Shown here: piece after piece, positions 12,770 through 26,218 of the stretch
Layout of the letters: each line of letters starts with the position of its first letter
How positions within the stretch are numbered: the first letter of the stretch is position 1
Source: Octopus vulgaris
Lineage: Eukaryota
Direction of reading: 5' to 3'
NCBI GenBank assembly: GCA_951406725.2
Contig: OX597831.1
Coordinates: 22,196,001 to 22,260,000 of the forward strand
DNA: 64,000 nt
Translations under genes and position numbers: made by a program
The notes under the pieces: generated by a model
Database searches by the model: none
Told to the model about the DNA's origin: nothing
What the model saw: only the letters and a program-made list of their open reading frames with translations

Positions 12770-13135
12770 CAGATTGAGTAGGATATGCTTCTAGTTTGGT
12801 GATGGTAGGGTCGGGACAAGGTACGACGGTCAGGCGGTAGTAGATGATGGACGCGATGTACGTGTTCGCCACCTCCGCCCGACCTTTTAGGGACAGTTAC
12901 CTCTCAGCCCATTGTCGGGTGAGAGTGACCACCCTACTCGTTATCTCATTCCAGTTCTTCTCCATTTGGAGGTCCGGACCGAACCAGACCCCGAGCAACT
13001 CAACTGGGCCGTCCGTCCAGCGTCCCACGACGGAGGTGCTGGTGGACGGCATGGGCTTGCTTCTCCAGGTGCCGAGCCGCAAGTCCACTGACTTTTCCCC
13101 GTTGATTTTCGCTCCTGTCACCGCTTTGTAGTCTT
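12770..13135 (-). mobile_element. Tx1/L1-clade LINE ORF2 fragment (RT C-terminal region)
   Basis: YKAVTGAKINGEKS..LLGVWFG..NWNE..QWAER*LSLKGRAEVANTYIASIIYYRL. One in-frame stop; GC-rich relative to its flanks. Confidence 0.8.
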
Positions 13136-13589
13136 TCTTCGTCGTGTTTATTCTCCAGTCTCTGCTCAAACCACACAATGGTCAAGTCACTCATCTAACC
13201 GATTGAACAAAATCAGTTTGCACATGAATCCAGGGCCCACCACTTTCATCCCAGTATGACAACCTTCTGGACTTCCCTCCACCCGCTCAAATTAAAAGGA
13301 ACACTAAGTATGGCAGTTTCGTTGTATCAAACAAATACTTTTCAAGGGAAACAACTCGTGCAGATATACACAAGGGAAGTAACTCTTAATGTTGTTAACT
13401 AGAATTATTTAATCTTTATCGGATTGATTATTTTAAATTTGAATAGCCAAATCGGGCAAGCAGGACAGGGATAAAGGATATTGCGATTTAATCGTGATAC
13501 TGATGGTACAGGGTATAGACCTTAGCCGTGCGCGTGCACAAACGTCTTACAATCACCGCACGCAAAATTAATGTCTACATAATGTCTAC

Positions 13590-13817
13590 AGGCGCAGGAG
13601 TGGCTGTGTGGTAAGTAGCTTGTTTACCAACCACATGGTTCCGGGTACAGTCCCACGAGGAGTGGCTGTAGGGTAAGTAGCTTGTTTACCAATCACATGC
13701 TTCCGGGTTCAGTCCCACTGCGTGGGACCTTGGGCAAGTGTCTTCTACTATAGCCTCGGGCCCACCAAAGCCTTGTGAGTGGATTTAGTAGACGGAAACT
13801 GAAAGAAGCCTGTCGTA

Positions 13818-13884
<67 letters not shown>

Positions 13885-14110
13885 ATGTTTGTGTGTCTGT
13901 GTTTGTCCCCCTAGCATTGCTTGACAACCGATGCTGGTGTGTTTATGTCTCCGTTACTTAGCGGTTCGGCAAAAGAGACCGATAGAATAAGTACTGGGCT
14001 TACAAAAGAATAAGTCCCGGGGTCGAGTTGCTCGATTAAAGGCGGTGCTCCAGCATGGCCGCAGTCAAATGACTGAAACAAGTAAAAGAGAAAGAGAGAA
14101 ATAAGAGAAT
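13590..14110 (+). mobile_element. SINE family C with duplicated head
   Basis: Head repeated at 13596-13656 and 13658-13717. Confidence 0.88.
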
Positions 14111-14164
14111 AATGTTCACGCAAAAAAACTTAGTTAACTAAGTTAATGAACTGGTAATTATTAT

Positions 14165-14382
14165 GGGTTTCAAATTTTGGCACAAGGCCAGCAGCTTTTT
14201 GGGGAGGGGTTTAGTCGATTACATCCGACCCCCAATGCTCAACTGGAACTTATTTTATCGACCTCGAAAGGACGAAAGGCAAAGTTGACCAGGGCGGAAT
14301 TTGAATTCAGAACGTAAAAGACGGACGAAATGCCGTTAAGTATTTTGTCCGATGTGCCAACGATTCTGCCAGCTCGCCGCCT
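14165..14382 (-). mobile_element. SINE family B
   Basis: Reverse-complement B consensus ending GCCAGCTCGCCGCC. Confidence 0.8.
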
Positions 14383-14484
14383 CTATTGTTAGTTATCGAT
14401 TCAGAGCGCAGGCGACGAGCTAGTAGAATCTTTGGAGCGTCGAACAAAATGCAATTCATTTATCACTGGTATATCAATCTCTGG

Positions 14485-14712
14485 CGGCGAGCTGGCAGAA
14501 ACGTTAGCACGCCGGGCGAAATGCTTAGCGGTATTTCGTTTGCGTTACGTTGTGAGTTCAAATTCCGCCGATGTCGACTTTGCCTTTCATCCTTTCGGGG
14601 TCGATAAATTAAGTACCAGTTACGCACTGGGGTCGATGTAATCGACTTAATACCTATGTCTGTCCTTGTTTGTCCGCTCTGTGTTTAGCCCTTTGTGGGT
14701 AATAAAGAAATA
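14485..14712 (+). mobile_element. Young SINE family B with 17-bp TSD
   Basis: TSD GGTATATCAATCTCTGG at 14468-14484 and 14713-14729. Confidence 0.9.
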
Positions 14713-14730
14713 GGTATATCAATCTCTGGT

Positions 14731-15049
14731 GGAGGCGCAATGGCCCAGTGGTTAGGGCAGCGGACTTGCGGTCAAACGATCGCGGTTTCGATTCCCAGGC
14801 CGGGCGTTGTGTGTGTTTATTGAGGGAAAACACCTGAAAGCTCCACGAGGCTCCGGCAGGGGGGTGGGGTGGCGACCCCTGTTGTACTCTTTCGCCACAA
14901 CTTTCTCTCAAAATTCTCTTTCTGTTTCTTGAGTAACGCTGCGATGGACTGGTGTCCCGTCCAGCCTGGGTGGGAACACATACGCCGCAGAAACCGGGAA
15001 ACCGGGCCCATGAGTCTGGCTAGGCTTGAAAAGGGTGACGCTTATCGTT
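14731..15049 (+). mobile_element. SINE family A head with tail type iii
   Basis: Same head as 365. Tail GAGTAACGCTGCGATGGACTGG..GAAACCGGG is shared with 55138-55240. Confidence 0.8.
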
Positions 15050-15469
15050 TATATTAATCTCTGAGTTTTTTCAGGAACCAAATTACGTGATAAACCAGGG
15101 TAGATGTAGTATGGATTTACTCATCAATGTTAAGCATTGGCAAACCATCAAGAACCGTTTTAGCATTAACAGTGGTTATGGAATCCATGAGAGGGCATCG
15201 CCTGTGATTTTTCTGAATTTTTCATATTTAGTTGGTTATTCGGTTCTATGGCACAGTCTTTGAGTATTGAGTAAAGCTGTTGTCCGAAACGAGATGATAA
15301 GGCACAGGCGTTTTGGGCGCTGAAAATTGGATGTGGCTGACTGGATATCGCATACATGCAAATATAACTATATGTTCACACACATAAACAAAAGCAGATT
15401 GATTAGTAGATAGGTAGATAAATTGGCGTACAAACGGACGGACAGACAGACAGACAAATAGATAGACAG

Positions 15470-15534
<65 letters not shown>

Positions 15535-15779
15535 AAAACAGACAAACAGACAACATACAGACAGACACACAGACGGACAGACAGATAGATAGATAGATAA
15601 GTTTCTTTATTGGCCACACAGGGCTGCACACAGATGGGACAAATTACAAGGTAGAGCTTTTCTTTTGGGGGATGAAAAAAACAAAAAAAAGTGGCGTAGG
15701 TTTTCGATCAAGAGGGATCGTAAAAGAGAAAAAAGAAAAAAAGAAAAAAGAAAAAAAGAAAAAAAGAAAAAAGAAAAAA

Positions 15780-16395
<616 letters not shown>

Positions 16396-16788
16396 TAGAC
16401 AATATTGCGTTAAAGTTGTAGGTGTTAATTAATTAAACTGAAGGAGTTAATAAGTAGGAGATTGATTCCCCGAGAACACATTATAGACGCAGGCATAGAT
16501 GTGTGGTTCGGAAGCTACCTTCTTGTTCACGTGATGTTAGGTTCAGTCCCACTGCACAACATCTTGGGCAAATATCTTCAACTATAGCCTCGAGTCGACC
16601 AATGCTTGCAGGCGGAAATTCTGTGGAGATAGCTCGTTTATATATATGTAGCTTGGTTCGCAACCACATGGTTCTGGGTTCAATCCCACTGCGTGACACC
16701 TTTGGCAAGTGTTTTCTACTATAGTCTCGGGTCGACCAAAGCCTAGTGAGTGGATTTGGTAGACGGAAACTGAAAGAAGCCCGTCGTA

Positions 16789-16859
<71 letters not shown>

Positions 16860-17038
16860 TTAGAGATAAAACCACTATTAGGCAAATCAAACAGTGAAAA
16901 ACATAAAACAAAACATAGAAATAAAATTAATTAATATAATATACAAAATATATAAAACATAAAATTCAAAATTTAAATTATTTAAATTTTAAGTTAAAAT
17001 TAAAAATTTTTTTTATAATTATTAATTTATACTTATAA

Positions 17039-17073
<35 letters not shown>

Positions 17074-17132
17074 TAAAAAATTATTTTTATTTTTATTATT
17101 ATTTTTTATTTATATACACAATTACACACATC

Positions 17133-17171
<39 letters not shown>

Positions 17172-17175
17172 TATA

Positions 17176-17572
17176 CTAGCAGTATCGCCCGGCGTTGCTC
17201 GGGTTTGTAAGGGAAATAACTATATAAGCATTTTTAGAGAGTTATAGCCAAAAAATAGGAAAAAAATGCATTAAAAATGGAAAAAAAATTCAGGTAAATT
17301 TCTTTTTAAATCGTTGACACATCGTAGATATTTTTAGAGAGTTACTTCCCTTATATAATAGCGAAAAAAATGCATTAAAATGGAAAAATATGATGGTAAA
17401 TTTTTTTAAATCGTAGACTCATCGTAGACGCGCGCTAATACCCAGAAGGGCTCGATATGACTCACGACTATAAGATACCCGGTTTTGGTTACACTGCACC
17501 GCAAAATGTGGGAGTAGTTAGGAATCTAAATCGTAGGAGACAGACACACAACTTCACTCTTATATATAAAGA
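17176..17572 (-). mobile_element. Non-autonomous Helitron
   Basis: Minus strand starts TC (A|TCTTTATATATA) and ends with hairpin CCCGAGCAACGCCGGG plus CTAG|T. No TSD. Three copies in the window. Confidence 0.85.
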
Positions 17573-17680
17573 TATAAGTCACGTAGTTATATACACATAC
17601 TTTGTTATATACACATTCTTAAAAGAAAATGTTATTTTGAATACAACATTTATAAAGAATAAAATATTTTTTGGTTTTTC

Positions 17681-18130
17681 TTAACCCTTTCGTTACTATA
17701 TTTCTGACCAAAATACACCCCTTATGTGTTTCAATTAATTTCTAACGTAATCATAAATTTAGTCTGGTTTCATTAAACAACTATAACTTTTTTATTTATG
17801 AATATATTAATCTGATTTTTGGAAGATAATTTAGTGAAATGTTCTCAACCAATTCTATACTATAATTTTTGTCACAAAGTGACTCTAATTGCAGGTAGAT
17901 ACAGGTAAATTCAACAATATATAAAATTATTAAAATTTTGTTCAAACATCGCTATAGAAAATGGGTTATTAGCTAATATTCAATTGGGTATACAACAAAA
18001 TTTTACGATAGAATTTGTTATTCTGGGTAACTTTCTGATACCCATAATAATATTTATGGCAAAATAGGCCTTAATTTAATTTAAGGTTGTGGGAAATAAC
18101 AAACTATCCTTTCTTTCGCTTTGTTTACGT
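17681..18130 (+). mobile_element. Possible piggyBac-type end
   Basis: TTAA|CCCTTTCG start. No matching right TIR located; a related AAAGGG|TTAA end at 22035-22044 has a different TIR. Confidence 0.35.
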
Positions 18131-18637
18131 TTAGCGTAATGATTTCAAATAGGCTCATTCGAAAAAGTAAAAAGAAATAGTTTAAGGCTTTATACTCTTC
18201 TGGGAAAGTCTGTGGCTTGGTGCAGTTTCTTCAGAAAAATCACCGAAATAAACAGTTTTTAAATTTTCACTCCATTCAGGTACCAATTCATTTTCTTAAT
18301 CGCTGTCGGATTCACTGTTTTCACTTTAATAGCTGCAAACTTGCAAAGACAAAGGAGGAGAAGGGTGATAGCGTCAGTGAAACAGTCGCTCCCTTTGTGT
18401 GTGTGTGCGTTTGCGTGTGGTGTATCCCACATTAAGAAAAACATTTGACATATACACCAGAATGTGAGTTTTCTCTAAATTTTGCTTAATTGGTGTTGAA
18501 ATTTTAAAAACCGGACCTGGCATGACCCGATGCATTCTACTCTTAAAAATGCCAGGTAAATTGTAATTGAAGAAATCCTATATTGTAGATTTCTATAACT
18601 TACAAAGGGAGGCAGATAAAATCTGCCTTTTATAATA

Positions 18638-18681
<44 letters not shown>

Positions 18682-19357
18682 ATATGTGTGTGTATTTGTT
18701 TGTGTGTCTGTTTTTGTCCTCCCCAACATCGCTTGACAACCGATGCTGGTGTGTTTACGTCCCCGTAACTTAGCAGTTCGACAAAAGTGACCGATAGAAT
18801 AAGTACTAGGCTTGCAAATAATAAATCCAGGGGTCGATTTGCTCGACTAAAGGCGGTGCTCCAGCATGGTCGCAGTCAAATGACTGACACAAGTAAAAGA
18901 GTAAAAGAGAAAAGAGTATATATAAAAGAATAAACGACATATATATATATACATACATACACACACATATATAAACGATATATATCTACATATATGTGTG
19001 TGTGTGTACCTCTCTTTCTCTCTATGTATACATACACACACACACATATATATAAACGATATATATCTACATATATATATGTGTGTGTGTACACACACAC
19101 GCACACACACACACATATATAATTGCAAAAGAACTATAAATAAATTACATAACGTGCCATGTATCTCCAAATCTCCAAGCTTCGAGATACTTGGTACCTC
19201 ATATAGATCTGTCAATTTAATGTATCTTAAAGCATGAACCTATTAGTAGCTCTTTTGTAATTGTGTCTATCAAATGATACTTATTTATCACGACATGGAA
19301 TATTCTTTGGTTCGTCTTACCGATAATGGAACTGTAACCACGCACACGCGCGAGCAC

Positions 19358-19413
<56 letters not shown>

Positions 19414-19460
19414 ATAGACAGACAGATAGATTGATAGATATGCGGGTGTATATCTCTTTC

Positions 19461-19803
19461 TCTCTTTTACTTGTTTCAGTCATTTGACAGCGGCCATGCT
19501 GGAGCCATACTGTAAGCCCAGTACTTATTCTATCGGTCACTTTTGCCGAACGGCTAAGTGACGGGGACATAAACACACCAGCATCGCTTGTCAAGCAATG
19601 CTAGGGACACATACACATACATATATATATACATATATACGACAGGCTTCTTTCAGTTTCCGTCTACCAAATCCTCTCACAAGGCATTGGTCGGCCCGAG
19701 GCTACAGCAGAAGACACTTGCCCAAGATGCCACGCAGTGGGACTGAACCCGGAACCATGTGGTTGATTAGCAAGCTACTTACCACACAGCCACTCCTGCG
19801 CCT
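19461..19803 (-). mobile_element. SINE family C
   Basis: Reverse-complement consensus with an internal deletion. Confidence 0.85.
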
Positions 19804-19939
19804 ATTATGTAAGCTTTTGTGTTGGGGGTTTGTCCCCTACCTCGACTTGAAAACCGGCGTAAGTTTGTTTACGTCCTCGTTCGGTAATTGGGGCCGTTAG
19901 AATAAGTACCATACTTAAAGTTTGAGAAAGTAACTAGAA

Positions 19940-20085
19940 ACGCCTGAGGAATTATTTTAATGGCTACAGAACAAATTAAATCAGTGAATAATGTCCTTGT
20001 GAGACGACGACTCGTAAGTCGCAAGCAAACAGCTGCATTAGAATTCTTCGACCAATTCCTGTAAGACTTAAAAATTCTTGGCGAA
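19940..20085 (+). mobile_element. Possible LTR-retrotransposon gag remnant
   Basis: IKSVNNVLVRRRLVSRKQ..EFFDQFL*DLKIL resembles the recalled gag motif (R.Q..ES.DQFL..L..L). Confidence 0.35.
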
Positions 20086-20144
20086 CGGAAATAAAAATCA
20101 ATAACGAATGTTTTATTTCATGAACAATTTAAAGCGAGAAATAA

Positions 20145-20670
20145 TGGTTTCTGTTTTAGACTCCAGGATAGCAATTTTGAAGGGAGGAGCTCTCAAGGAA
20201 TAATTCATTCCAATTTTGGTGCTAGACCAGTAATTTTGAGAGAAGGGGCTTGTCAAGGAATAATTCTTTCTAATTTTGGTACAGTGCCAGTAATTTTGAG
20301 GAGAGGGGGCTTGTCAAAAAACAATTGTTTCTAATTTTGGTCCAGGCTAATAATTTTGATGGGAGGGGCATGTCAAAAAATAATTCGTTCTAATTTTGGT
20401 ACAAGGAGAAGGGCTTGTTAAAGAATAATCCTTTCTAAATTTGGTACAAGGCCAGTCATTTTGAGGGGAGGGGCTTGTCAAAAATAATTCTTAGGCGCAG
20501 GAGCGGCTGTGGGGTAAGTAGCTTGCTTATCAACTACATGGCTCCGGGTTCAGTCCCACTGCGTGGCACCTTGGGCAAGTGTCTTCCACTACAGCCTCGG
20601 GCCGACCAAAGCCTTGTGAGTGGATTTGGTAGACAGAAACTGAAAGAAGCCCGTCGTATGTATGTATATG

Positions 20671-20709
<39 letters not shown>

Positions 20710-21065
20710 TTGTGTGTGTGTGTGCGTGCGTGCGTGCGTTTGTGTGTCTGTGTTTGTTCTCCCCAACATCGCTTCACAACCGATGCTGGTATGTTTACGT
20801 CCCCGTAACTTAGCGGTTCGGCAAAATAGACCGATAGAATAAGTACTGGGCTTACAAAGAATGAGTCCTGGGGTCGATTTGCTCGACTAAAGGCGGTGCT
20901 CCAGCATGGCCGCAGTCAAATGACTGAAACAAGTAAAAGAGTAAAAAGAGTAAAAGAGAATATCAATTTTGGTACAAGGCCAGTTATTGGGAGGGGGGAA
21001 GGACTTGTCAAGGAATAATTCGTTCTAATTTTGGCACACGGCAAGTAATTTTGAGGGCAGGGGCA
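20145..21065. repeat. About 59-bp minisatellite (about 8 units) split by a SINE-C
   Basis: Unit TAATTTTGGTACAAGGCCAGTAATTTTGAGGGGAGGGGCTTGTCAAGGAATAATTCGTTC. Confidence 0.8.
20493..20959 (+). mobile_element. SINE family C inserted in a minisatellite
   Basis: Full-length consensus. Confidence 0.9.
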
Positions 21066-21296
21066 GCTGGATTCTATTGATTCCAGTACTTGACTGATAC
21101 AAGCACTATTCTGGAATCGTAATGGGGAAGGCTGGGGTCTGGTCGATTACATAGCCATCAATGTTCAACTGGAAACCTATTATTATCGACCTTGAGAGGA
21201 TGAAAGGCAAAATTGGTTATAACAAGATGTGGAACTTAATCTTATATTTCTCTTATGTTGGTCGTAGATAAGTATTAAATTAGTCTTACATACATA

Positions 21297-21699
21297 CTAG
21301 CAGTATCGCCCGGCGTTGCTCGGGTTTGTAAGGGAAATAACTATATAAGCATTTTTAGAGAGTTATAGCCAAAAAATAGCAAAAAAATGCATTAAAAATG
21401 GAAAAAAAATTATGGTAATTTTTTTTTTGAATCGTTGACTCATCGTAGACATTTTTAGAGAGTTACTTCCCTTATATAATAGCGAAACAATGCATTAAAA
21501 TGGAAAAAAATGATGGTAATTTTTTTTTTTAAATCGTAGACTCATCGTAGACGCGCGCTAATACCCAGAAGGGCTCGATATGAATCACCACTATAAGATA
21601 CCCGGTTTTGGTTAAACTGCACCACAAAATGTGGGAGTAGTTAGGAATCTAAATCGAAGGGGACAGACACTCACACAACTTCACTTTTATATATAAAGA
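21297..21699 (-). mobile_element. Non-autonomous Helitron (same family)
   Basis: Same termini and A|T insertion site as 17176-17572. Confidence 0.85.
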
Positions 21700-21789
21700 T
21701 AAGACCAAACGTCTGCTAATATTTTGCGTCCTCGCGTTGTTTTATTCTTGTGTTTGTTTTAGGATTTGTGTGTGTGTGTGTGTTTGTTT

Positions 21790-21999
21790 GCAGAAATGTT
21801 CTTGGCTTTGGGTAACAGAAAATACAGGAGGATCAGTTAATTATGATTTTATTCAACATATTCCCCTCTCAGATTCACACACTTATTGGAGCGGCCCTTC
21901 AATTTTTCTAAGCCCCGTGGAAGAACTCGGAAGTTTTGGCCTCCAGCCAGGCCTTTCAAGATACTCTTAACGCCAGGATCTTTTCAGCACAGCCTCGTA
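21790..21999. mobile_element. Mariner-type MITE
   Basis: Ends CCAGGATCTTTTCAGCACAGCCTCG|TA. Homologous to 60955-61173. Confidence 0.6.
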
Positions 22000-22214
22000 T
22001 AATATTTGGGGTTGATACGGCCGGTTTTTATGCTAAAGGGTTAATCCTATTAATTTTATATGTCTTTTATTGGTCTTTTATTAGTTTAATGTTAGTCATA
22101 AATTAGTCTTACAAAAGTCTTAGATTAATCTTACCTTAGACTTATATTAGCCTTAGATTAGTGTTACATCAGTCTATATTAGATGTCGAATGACTATTTT
22201 ATACTAGAGGGGTA

Positions 22215-22545
22215 AAGACCCCTTCGGTCATAAATGACCATTGAACTGCACCTAGAAAGTTGCCCTTGAAGGCACAAGTCCTAGCAAGGTTGTTTATGGA
22301 AGACCAGCATTTATCCATGCATACCAGCTTATCTTCTTAACACCATTGATGTTATCCAAGGGAGAGGCAAAGGCTGATTCGTAGCTTGGCACCAGTGATG
22401 CTGCAACTCATTTCTACAGCTGAGTGAACTGGAACGATGTGAAATAAAGTGCCTTGCTCAAGAACGCAACACGCAGCCCGGTCCGGGAATCGAACTCACT
22501 ACCTCATGATTGTGAGCCCGACGATCTCACCACCGAGTCATGCGT
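22215..22545 (-). mobile_element. SINE family F (tRNA head, TTCTTGAGCAAG core)
   Basis: Homologous over its full length to 55452-55789. Confidence 0.75.
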
Positions 22546-22844
22546 AGACACGTGAGAGACTGTTCAAAGAGAGCTGAGAAAAGAGGACATGCAGTCGCGT
22601 TTTGTATTATTTTTTTTAATGTTTTATAGATTTTTACTTCTTGAAGTCATTGCAATGCGACCATGCTGGGGCATCGATTTGAAACGTTTTAGTTCGTTCT
22701 TTTGAGTCAAGTACATTGGTTGGGGAGGAAGGGGAAGACGAGGAGGAGTGGGAGGAATAGGAAGAACGACAGAATGGGAAGGAGGGAAAGAGAAGGTACA
22801 GACTAAAAAAGGCAAGGCGGGGAATACGAACACACACACACAAA

Positions 22845-22876
22845 TATATATATGTATGCATGTATATATATATATG

Positions 22877-22917
<41 letters not shown>

Positions 22918-23071
22918 TATGTTTATATATACATATGTTTATATATATGTATGTATAACATATATATACATCCTTATATATGTATGATATACATTTGTAT
23001 ATATACATGTATATATATACATGTATATATGTATATATGTACATATATACATGTATATATGTATATATGTA

Positions 23072-23139
<68 letters not shown>

Positions 23140-23157
23140 TATATATATATATGTATC

Positions 23158-23203
<46 letters not shown>

Positions 23204-23263
23204 TAGATATATATATACATATATATGTATATATATATATATGTATCTGTCTGTATCTATCTA

Positions 23264-23300
<37 letters not shown>
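22845..23300. repeat. (TA)n-rich low-complexity tract (one of many, e.g. 25495-25712, 34155-34700, 41090-41530, 45490-45955, 49740-51357, 60638-60779)
   Basis: Seen directly; source of the YIYIYI ORFs. Confidence 0.95.
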
Positions 23301-23301
<1 letters not shown>

Positions 23302-23522
23302 AAATAAGAAAATGGAGAAATACATCTAAATCATTTATCAACTACTAGATAATACCCAATCACATACTTTATTAAACCACTACATAAGAACTTTGGGGTT
23401 AAACATAAAAATATATAACAAAACAGCGTACATGAATGAGTAATACAATACAATAAGAACAATCATTATAAGAGGATATAAATAAATAAATATAAATAGA
23501 TATAAATATAAATATACACTAT

Positions 23523-23649
23523 ATCTTACAGCTGTTTCGGCCTTGCAGATATATATATCTCATTTTACCTATATTAGCCATGTACTGTATGTCAATATGA
23601 AGTTAAAAATGAGACATTTACAAAGATATCTTAAGGCCTCTTCGGAGAT
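23523..23649 (-). ncRNA. Hammerhead-like motif with U4-to-C change and long loop II
   Basis: Minus strand reads ATCT-CCGAAGA-GGCCTT..(about 88 nt)..AAGGCC-GAAA-CAGCTG-TA-AGAT. Palindromic stem III ACAGCTGT. Confidence 0.6.
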
Positions 23650-24510
23650 TCTAAAGTATAAACCAAATTACATATATACTCATATAAGTGTGGGTACATA
23701 CCCATAATAAATCATTTACATATATATATGAGTGCATATACTCATACTCTTATACATACACATATACATATACATAATAATACAAATAATATAAATCAAT
23801 AAAATATATATATATGTTCCATATTCAATGTTTTTCAACTTAATATTAAGATATTACAACGTAGAGAACATAGACATATTCATACTTCAATGCAGATATA
23901 TAGAGTCAGTATTACCTTATATTGATTTACAAAAAGTCATTAATGTTAACATCAATACTGTTATCAACATCATTAATACTACCAATATCATTGTTCTTAT
24001 TTCTAATAACATTAATACTAATAAAACAATACATACATCACATAATTAGCAATATAGTAGCAAAGCTAGGGACCAACATAATACCACAGTATTATGCAAG
24101 GCATTAAATATTTGCACATACATACAAAAAGCAGTCAAGTCAATCAGTTTACATGGTGTTAATTTCCACAGATGCATGTGAATTAATAATTTCTATTGTG
24201 ACACTAATATATTATTAATTTCCGAAATAGTTATGAAACGAACGCCGGAATTTGATTGGCTTATACTTTAAATTTAAATTACAATTGTTTTTTACGGTTG
24301 GTTAGTTGAGAAACATCCACACGCGCACTCTTGCAAACGTGCGCACATACGCACATACACAGCCAAATCACAACATAACATAAGAGATACTAGCCCACAC
24401 TTACACACACATACACGCTTACAAACAGATCCACTCACATATATTCATAAAATTCGTATATTCAATCATACATACATTTATACCCCGATGAAAAATGTAA
24501 ATTATCATAA

Positions 24511-24586
<76 letters not shown>

Positions 24587-24589
24587 AAA

Positions 24590-25500
24590 TTCATTTTTAG
24601 ACTTTCTTCTATCGAAGGCATTCTAACAAAAATGCTTCCGCATAAACGGTGAAAATATTGTCAATTTCCCCAAACAGGGGCACAATTCAATTTTTAAACC
24701 ATTACCAAAGCTCCTTCTCCCAAAGGGGGGGGGTTGCAGTTTACAATTATTTAACAAATGCAATGCAACAACGTGTTTCCCTTACGAGGAACTAACAAAC
24801 ATGATAACAATAGTTAAACAGTAATAATAACAACAACAAACCTTACGGTGAATTAAAAAGCAGTACGCAGTTGAAGCTATAATCCTTTATGTATAAGAAA
24901 TAAAGCACCAGCAGTACTCAGTAGAAGCGGCTGTTCGAGAAAACAGACATTACATACAGCCAAACTTCATATTGATACTTAATGCTAGCTAACTAGCAGA
25001 TAATCTAATGTAAAAGCCGTGGTAAACGGTATGTGCACAGCTCCATCTGGACTATTCCATTTCTGCACACCAATTTTTAAAAAAATTTATTCCCATTCAT
25101 GTGAAACCACTTATTCAAGTTCAAGTCATTGATGCAATTTTATACCAATTGCTATTTTTACTTTTGTTATGTTACGATTATATTATACTTTAGTTTGATT
25201 TTAATTATTACTTACTACATATAATTCAATTGTTATTATTATCTCTAATTTTTATTGTTAAAGTGAAAGTATCTGACATAAAATAGAGAAATGTTTTTGT
25301 TTCACTTTTAACACGTAATACTGAAATAGTGGAGAAGATATGATATTGCTATGGGCTCGCCCCAGGGAAGAAGTTGAACATTTTTTTTGCCCATGAATCC
25401 CTAAGTAAGGCATGTGTAAAATTTGAATGAAATTGGTTGTGTAGTTCTCGAGTTTTAGGGAAATACGCAGACAGACAGACACACATACTCAGTTTTATAT
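24590..25500 (-). mobile_element. Probable Helitron-type element, 5' part
   Basis: Minus strand begins TATATAAAACTGAGTATGTGTGTCTGTCTG, like the Helitron 5' end above. No CTAG 3' end found; bounded by (TA)n. Confidence 0.4.
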
Positions 25501-25587
25501 ATATATATATATATATTTATATACATATATATATATACATAGATACATATATGTATATACATAGATACATATGTATATATATGTATT

Positions 25588-25702
<115 letters not shown>

Positions 25703-26031
25703 TATATATATACGTATATGGAAAACTAGATGGGGAGAATCATTTCAAGAGTGCGGTGGCCTGAAGAACATTATATTAAAATGCAGGCTTCCATACTTGA
25801 AGATATGAGCTGAAAATAATCTTTAATCAATTGGAGATAAGTGCAGGAGACCAATTGATTAGACATTATTTCTGGCTCTCTTCACTATATGTATATGCTG
25901 TGTGTGTGTGTGTGTGTGCGTGTGTGTGTATGTACACGCACAGATACGTACTTGTATGCATATCACAGATACGCGCATGTATGCATGTGTCTTATTTATG
26001 TATGTATGTATATATATATATAATAAAAATG

Positions 26032-26062
<31 letters not shown>

Positions 26063-26181
26063 TGATGATGATGATGATGATAATGATGATGATGATAATC
26101 CTTTCTACTAAAGGTAAAACAAACCATACGCATGCGCGAAATAAAAAATATAAACTCATGACATTTTACCCATCGCACCAC

Positions 26182-26218
<37 letters not shown>

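Larger units (their letters stand above)
16652..18915 (+). mobile_element. SINE family C split by about 1.8 kb of nested insertions in its internal (TA)n
   Basis: 5' half at 16652-16795, 3' half at 18679-18915. Confidence 0.7.

Noticed and set aside
19319-19335. Possible 11-nt minus-strand microexon (CAG|TTCCATTATCG|GTAAGA)
   Set aside because: Splice-like words only; no linked exons and not frame-preserving.
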